In this document: in pieces, positions 57,721 to 64,000 of the stretch
Numbering within the stretch: position 1 is the first letter of the stretch
How the letters are laid out: each line of letters starts with the position of its first letter
Source: an uncultured Alphaproteobacteria bacterium
Lineage (GTDB): Bacteria; Pseudomonadota; Alphaproteobacteria; Rhodospirillales; Defluviicoccaceae
Length of the DNA stretch: 64,000 bases
Assembly (NCBI GenBank): GCA_963789785.1
Contig: CAWBNC010000031.1
Span: forward strand, 76,041 to 140,040
Direction of reading: 5' to 3'
Position numbers and translations under genes: made by a program
The notes under the pieces: model-generated
Told to the model about the DNA's origin: nothing
What the model saw: the letters and a program-made list of their open reading frames with translations, nothing else
Databases searched by the model: none

Positions 57721-59058
57721 ATGACCATTCAGGTGCTCATGCCGGCGCTGTCGCCGACGATGACCGACGGCAAGCTGGCCAAATGGCTGAAGCGCGAAGG
57801 CGACGCGGTGGCCTCCGGCGACGTCATCGCCGAGATCGAGACCGACAAGGCGACGATGGAGGTGGAAGCGGTTGACGAGGGCGTAATCGGCCGGATCCTG
57901 GTGGCCGAAGGCAGCGAAGGGGTGCCGGTGAACGCGCCGATCGCGCTGCTGCTCGAAGAGGGCGAGGACGCCGCTGCGCTCGAGGCCGCCGGCGCGGCCG
58001 CCGGCCGCTCGGCGTCCAGCGAAGCGATGCCGGCGGGTCCGCCGGTACCGGCGGCCGGCACGGCGGCAACGGCGGCAACGCCGGCCCCCGCGCCGGCGGC
58101 TGCGCCGCAGCCTTCACCTGCCGGCGGGGCGAAAGACGGCCGGCGTGTCTTCGCCAGCCCGCTCGCGCGTCGGCTCGCCGCCAATGACGACCTCGATCTC
58201 GCCCAGCTGTCCGGAAGCGGGCCGCACGGCCGGATCGTCAAGCGCGATGTCGAAGCCGCTCTCGCCGAAGCCAGGGCCAAGCCGCGGGCCGCCCCCGCCG
58301 CTCAGCCGTCTGCCGCTCCGGCCACCGGCACGGCGACGGCGCCCGCTCCGGGTGCGGTCGCGGCGGCGTACGACGACGTGCCGCACAGCACCATGCGCAA
58401 GGTCATCGCCCGGCGGCTGAGCGAATCCAAGCGCGACATCCCGCACTATTACCTCACCATCGACTGCAATCTCGAGGCGGTGCTCGACCTGCGCGGCCGG
58501 CTCAACGCGCGCTCGCCGGAAGGCGCCGGAGCGTTCAAGCTTTCGCTCAACGATTTCATCATCCGGGCTGTCGCGCTCGCGCTTCGCGCCTATCCGGAAG
58601 CCAACTCGGCATGGACCGACGAGGCCATGCGCCTGTACCGCACGGTCGACATCGCCGTCGCGGTGGCGACGCCGAACGGCTTGATCACCCCGGTGGTCCG
58701 CAATGCCGACACGAAGGGCCTGGCCGCCATCGCCGCCGAGGTCCGCGACTTCGCCGGCCGCGCCCGCGCCGGCAAGCTCAAGCCGGAGGACTACCAGGGC
58801 GGCACCTTTACCGTCTCCAACCTCGGCATGTACGGCATTCGCGAGTTCTCGGCGATCATCAACCCACCGCAGTCGTGCCTGCTCGCCATCGGCGCGGCGG
58901 AGAAGCGGCCGATCGTCAAGGACGGTGCGCTGGCCGTGGCGACCATGGCGACCTGCACCCTGTCGGCCGATCATCGCAGCGTCGACGGCGCCAAGGGCGC
59001 GGAGTTTCTGGCGGTCTTCAGGCGGTTCCTTGAAGATCCGCTGACGATGATGCTGTAG
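57721..59058 (+). CDS. pdhC: dihydrolipoyllysine-residue acetyltransferase (E2)
   Basis: 445 aa with a lipoyl domain, the E3-binding segment ASPLARRLA, and a catalytic domain with the DHRSVDG motif. Confidence 0.95.
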   Translation: MTIQVLMPALSPTMTDGKLAKWLKREGDAVASGDVIAEIETDKATMEVEAVDEGVIGRILVAEGSEGVPVNAPIALLLEEGEDAAALEAAGAAAGRSASSEAMPAGPPVPAAGTAATAATPAPAPAAAPQPSPAGGAKDGRRVFASPLARRLAANDDLDLAQLSGSGPHGRIVKRDVEAALAEARAKPRAAPAAQPSAAPATGTATAPAPGAVAAAYDDVPHSTMRKVIARRLSESKRDIPHYYLTIDCNLEAVLDLRGRLNARSPEGAGAFKLSLNDFIIRAVALALRAYPEANSAWTDEAMRLYRTVDIAVAVATPNGLITPVVRNADTKGLAAIAAEVRDFAGRARAGKLKPEDYQGGTFTVSNLGMYGIREFSAIINPPQSCLLAIGAAEKRPIVKDGALAVATMATCTLSADHRSVDGAKGAEFLAVFRRFLEDPLTMML

Positions 59059-59076
59059 CCGGAGGGCAGGCAGGGT

Positions 59077-60477
<1,401 letters not shown>

Positions 60478-60568
60478 GCCCGGCCCGGCGGCCGCCCGGC
60501 CCGCGGCACCGGCCGTCTCGCCGGCGCCGGGCGTTGATCTTGTCAAGGCGGACGGCCATATCCCCTCC

Positions 60569-61510
60569 ATGCCGACCGCCGCGCCGCCGCGTCATCCCGA
60601 GAAGGTCCACAAGCCGGTCAACCCGTCGCCGCGCAAGCCGGCATGGATCCGGGTCCGGGCGCCGTCATCGGACGCCCATGCCGAGACCCGGGCGCTGATG
60701 CGCGGGCGCAACCTGCACACTGTTTGTGAGGAAGCCGCCTGCCCGAACATCGGTGAGTGCTGGGCGCGCAAGCATGCGACGGTGATGATCCTGGGCGCGA
60801 TCTGCACCCGCGCCTGCGCGTTCTGCAACGTCGCAACGGGAAAGCCCGGGCCGGTCGACCCGTTCGAGCCGGAGAACGTGGCGATGACGGCGGCGACCAT
60901 GGGCCTGAAGCACATGGTCATCACCTCGGTCGATCGCGACGATCTGGACGACGGCGGCGCCGATCAGTTCGTTCGCTGCATCACCCTGATCCGGGACAAG
61001 GCGGCAGGGACGACCATCGAGGTGCTGACCCCCGACTTCCGCCACAAGGACGGCGCACTCGAGGCGGTGGTCGTGGCCGGACCCGATGTGTTCAACCACA
61101 ATCTTGAGACCGTGCCGCGGCTTTACCCGACGATCCGGCCCGGCGCGCGGTATTTCCACTCACTGCGCCTGCTCGATCGCGCCAAGGATCTGGCGCCGTC
61201 GATCTTCACCAAATCCGGGATCATGGTCGGGCTCGGTGAGGAGCGTGGGGAGGTTCTTCAGGTGATGGACGACCTGCGCTCGGCGCGCGTCGACTTTCTC
61301 ACCATCGGCCAGTATCTCCAGCCGACGCCGCACCACGCCGGCGTCGCCCGCTTCGTCACCCCCGATGAGTTTGCCGAATACAAGCGCATCGCCGAGGCGA
61401 AGGGGTTCCTCATGGTCGCTTCATCGCCGTTGACCCGGTCGTCGTACCACGCGGACCGGGACTTCGCGACGATGCAGGCCGCGCGGCTGGCCGCTCCGGC
61501 CGGTTCCTGA
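60569..61510 (+). CDS. lipA: lipoyl synthase
   Basis: In-frame ATG at 60569, with [12 protein letters not shown] and the radical-SAM CTRACAFC clusters. Confidence 0.93.
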   Translation: MPTAAPPRHPEKVHKPVNPSPRKPAWIRVRAPSSDAHAETRALMRGRNLHTVCEEAACPNIGECWARKHATVMILGAICTRACAFCNVATGKPGPVDPFEPENVAMTAATMGLKHMVITSVDRDDLDDGGADQFVRCITLIRDKAAGTTIEVLTPDFRHKDGALEAVVVAGPDVFNHNLETVPRLYPTIRPGARYFHSLRLLDRAKDLAPSIFTKSGIMVGLGEERGEVLQVMDDLRSARVDFLTIGQYLQPTPHHAGVARFVTPDEFAEYKRIAEAKGFLMVASSPLTRSSYHADRDFATMQAARLAAPAGS

Positions 61511-61536
61511 GCAGGAGCGGGGAACGCCCGGCAGCC

Positions 61537-62022
61537 ATGCCAACGCACGCCGAAAAGCGCATGCTCCCCTACAGCCGGGAGCAGATGTTCGACCTTGTCG
61601 CCGATGTCGAACGTTACCCGGAATTCCTGCCCTGGTGCGTCGCCTGCCGCATTCGCCAGCCGGCCTCTCCTGACGCCTTCGTCGCCGATCTCATCATCGG
61701 CTTCAAGTTCGTCCGCGAACGGTTCACCTCCCAGGTGACACTGCAGCGCCCGGATCGTGTTGACGTGGATTACAAGGAAGGCCCGTTCAGGCGGCTCACC
61801 AACCACTGGTTCTTCGAGGCCGATGGCGACGACCGGTGCATCATCGACTTCTACATCGATTTCGAATTCCGCTCGAAAACGCTACAGAGGCTGATCGGCC
61901 GGCTGTTCAACGAGGCGGTCCAGCGCATGGTCAACGCCTTCGAGCGGCGGGCGCGAGTACTCTACGGGCCGCAGTCGCGTCCCTCCGAGGTCCTGTCCGA
62001 GTCTTCATCGGACCCGGTCTGA
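61537..62022 (+). CDS. ratA: SRPBCC/RatA-Coq10 family protein
   Basis: 161 aa with VADVERYPEFLPWC and HWFF motifs. Its position after lipA is conserved in Alphaproteobacteria. Confidence 0.75.
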   Translation: MPTHAEKRMLPYSREQMFDLVADVERYPEFLPWCVACRIRQPASPDAFVADLIIGFKFVRERFTSQVTLQRPDRVDVDYKEGPFRRLTNHWFFEADGDDRCIIDFYIDFEFRSKTLQRLIGRLFNEAVQRMVNAFERRARVLYGPQSRPSEVLSESSSDPV

Positions 62023-62507
62023 CCGACGCATTCCAGCAATAGCGCGAGCGCCGCTTCGACCGAGGCGAGGCGGATCGTGGTCCGGTCGCCGCCGAACACA
62101 TGCCGGCCGTGGCGGGTCGGCCCGCCGCGACAGGCGGTCGCCATGTGCACCAGCCCAACCGGTCGCGTCGGCGAACCGCCACCGGGTCCGGCAATGCCCG
62201 TAACGGCGACAGAAAAACGGGCGTCTGCGCGGCTCAATGCGCCCTCGGCCATGGCGCGGGCGACCTCTTCACAGACGGCGCCGCGAGACCTGAGGAGGTC
62301 GCCGGAAACCCCCAGCAGCTCGTGCTTCGCCCGGTTGCCGTAGGTGACGAAGGCGCGGTCGAGCACATCCGAGGCTCCCGGCACCTCGGTCAGGCAGGCG
62401 GCGATCAGCCCGCCGGTGCAGGACTCCGCCACCGTCAACTGGCACCGCGCCGACTGGCAGCGACGGACCACCTCGCCGGCAAGGTCGATCAGCCGGGGTT
62501 CGAACAC
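61962..62507 (-). CDS. CinA-family nicotinamide-nucleotide amidohydrolase domain protein (PncC-like)
   Basis: 181 aa with LTVAESCTGGLIAA and VAVTGIAGPGGG motifs. Confidence 0.85.
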   Translation of the reverse strand: MFEPRLIDLAGEVVRRCQSARCQLTVAESCTGGLIAACLTEVPGASDVLDRAFVTYGNRAKHELLGVSGDLLRSRGAVCEEVARAMAEGALSRADARFSVAVTGIAGPGGGSPTRPVGLVHMATACRGGPTRHGRHVFGGDRTTIRLASVEAALALLLECVGQTGSDEDSDRTSEGRDCGP

Positions 62508-62537
62508 GGCTTCAGCATCTCCCGGCCAGCATTTCGC

Positions 62538-64000
62538 TTACGCTTCAGGCGCGGCGGCCTCCTTCTGCTCGAACTCGAGGATGATCTGGCCGGCCGACAG
62601 CGTCGCGCCCGGTTCGACGTGCAGCTTGATGACCATTCCCGGCCGGGTCGCGCGCAGGATGTTCTCCATCTTCATCGCCTGGATAATCGCCAGTTCGTCG
62701 CCGGTATCGACCCGCTCACCCTCCTCCACCGCGAGCGACTGGAGGAGTCCCGGCATCGGCGACAGCAGGTATTGCGACATGTCCGGCGGCTTGCGCTCGG
62801 GCATCTTCTTGGCCAGTTCGGCGATCCGGCTGTCGTAGACCGTGACCTTGACGTCAGCGCCCATGTGGAACAGGCGATAGCCGAGCCCGTCGCGTTCGAC
62901 CTTAAACCGCCGCGGCTCCGCGTTGATGGTGCAGCGCAGCACCGGATCGCCGACCTGCCAGTCGCTGCGGATGGCGAGCAGGTGACCCTCCCGAGTCACG
63001 TCGAAGCCTTCTTCCGAACCGCGGCCGACGAACTGTTCGACATGGATGGGATAGTACGTGCCGTTGACGTTGACGACCCAGTCCGAAAGGATCTTGCGCC
63101 CGTAGCCCGGCATCTGCCCGCTGATCTCCTTGGCGCGATAGAGGTAGCGCAGGTGCATCAGGATGCTGACGGCGACGATATCGTCGATATCGCCCTTTTC
63201 GATCGGCGCCGGCGAGAATCCGTCCGGATACTCCTCAACGATGAAGTTGGTGCTGAGCCGGCCTTGCAGGAACCTCGGGTTGGCCATCAGCGCGGTGAGA
63301 AAAGCGATGTTGTGGTGCACGCCGACGATATAGAACTCGTCGAGCGATCGGCGCATGAGGGCGACGGCGGCATCGCGGTCCCGGCCCCAGGTCGTGACCT
63401 TGGCGATCATCGGGTCGTAGAACATGCTGATCTCGCCGCCCTCGTAGACGCCGGTATCGACGCGGACGTCCTGGCTCTCCTCCGGCTCGCGGTAGCGGAC
63501 CAGCCGTCCTGTCGACGGCATGAACTTGCGGTTCGGATCCTCTGCGTAGATGCGCGACTCGATCGCCCAGCCCCGGGGTTGAATCTGCGTCTGGTTGAGC
63601 GTCAGCCGTTCGCCGTTGGCGATGCGGATCATCCACTCCACGAGGTCGATGTTGTGGGTGAACTCCGTGACGGAATGTTCGACCTGCAGGCGTGTATTCA
63701 TCTCGAGGAAGAAGAAGTTCCGCCGCTGGTCGGCGATGAACTCGACCGTGCCGGCGGAGTCGTAACCGGCGGCGCGGGCCAGCGCCACCGCGCGCTCGCC
63801 CATCTCCCGGCGGGTCGCGGCATCGAGAAATGGCGATGGCGCCTCCTCGATGACCTTCTGGTGCCGGCGTTGGATTGAGCACTCACGCTCGTTCAGGTGG
63901 AAAACGTTGCCGTGCTTGTCGGCAAGGATCTGGATCTCGATGTGACGGGGGTCTTCGATGAACTTCTCGATGAACACCCGCTCGTCACCGAACGAGGATC
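62538..64000 (-). CDS. pccA: propionyl-CoA carboxylase alpha subunit (biotin carboxylase plus BCCP), N-terminus beyond the window edge
   Basis: The ORF runs off the window edge. It has the biotin carboxylase C-terminal half (EMNTRLQVEH), a BT linker and a biotinyl domain with AMKMEN. LLSPMPG precedes the lipoyl-like fold, as in PCC alpha chains. Confidence 0.85.
   Translation of the reverse strand, partial: SSFGDERVFIEKFIEDPRHIEIQILADKHGNVFHLNERECSIQRRHQKVIEEAPSPFLDAATRREMGERAVALARAAGYDSAGTVEFIADQRRNFFFLEMNTRLQVEHSVTEFTHNIDLVEWMIRIANGERLTLNQTQIQPRGWAIESRIYAEDPNRKFMPSTGRLVRYREPEESQDVRVDTGVYEGGEISMFYDPMIAKVTTWGRDRDAAVALMRRSLDEFYIVGVHHNIAFLTALMANPRFLQGRLSTNFIVEEYPDGFSPAPIEKGDIDDIVAVSILMHLRYLYRAKEISGQMPGYGRKILSDWVVNVNGTYYPIHVEQFVGRGSEEGFDVTREGHLLAIRSDWQVGDPVLRCTINAEPRRFKVERDGLGYRLFHMGADVKVTVYDSRIAELAKKMPERKPPDMSQYLLSPMPGLLQSLAVEEGERVDTGDELAIIQAMKMENILRATRPGMVIKLHVEPGATLSAGQIILEFEQKEAAAPEA

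Overview
This is a high-G+C chromosomal segment that reads as core genome of an alphaproteobacterium. The supporting gene orders are eno-ftsB-pdhA-pdhB-pdhC-lpdA-lipA-ratA (with a lipoyl-bearing PdhB), an mprF-acvB pair, and purN-purM next to DUF2066-perM-hda. About 50 protein genes can be supported. They cover DNA repair (uvrB), translation (aspS, an EF-G paralogue), purine synthesis, polyphosphate metabolism (ppx, two-domain PPK2, ppk1), minCDE, the pyruvate dehydrogenase complex, an RND efflux pair, envelope lipid modification, and GH57/GH63 glycoside enzymes. I saw no rRNA, tRNA, CRISPR array, transposase, integrase or phage genes. Three things stand out. (1) An intact, tightly packed three-gene operon at 43.9-47.4 kb has no function I can name: a TelA-like helical protein, a single-pass membrane protein, and a coiled-coil protein with a glycine zipper and poly-Gly tail. 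(2) An orphan promoter-to-terminator unit at 9.5-9.7 kb on the minus strand looks like a structured sRNA of about 170 nt carrying CCUCCC anti-Shine-Dalgarno motifs. (3) At least 14 single-base reading-frame breaks are concentrated in nine accessory genes, while more than 26 kb of housekeeping ORFs are unbroken. Many long ORFs in the six-frame track are antisense or off-frame shadows typical of high-G+C DNA and were not called. All family assignments come from reading motifs by eye; no database search was possible.
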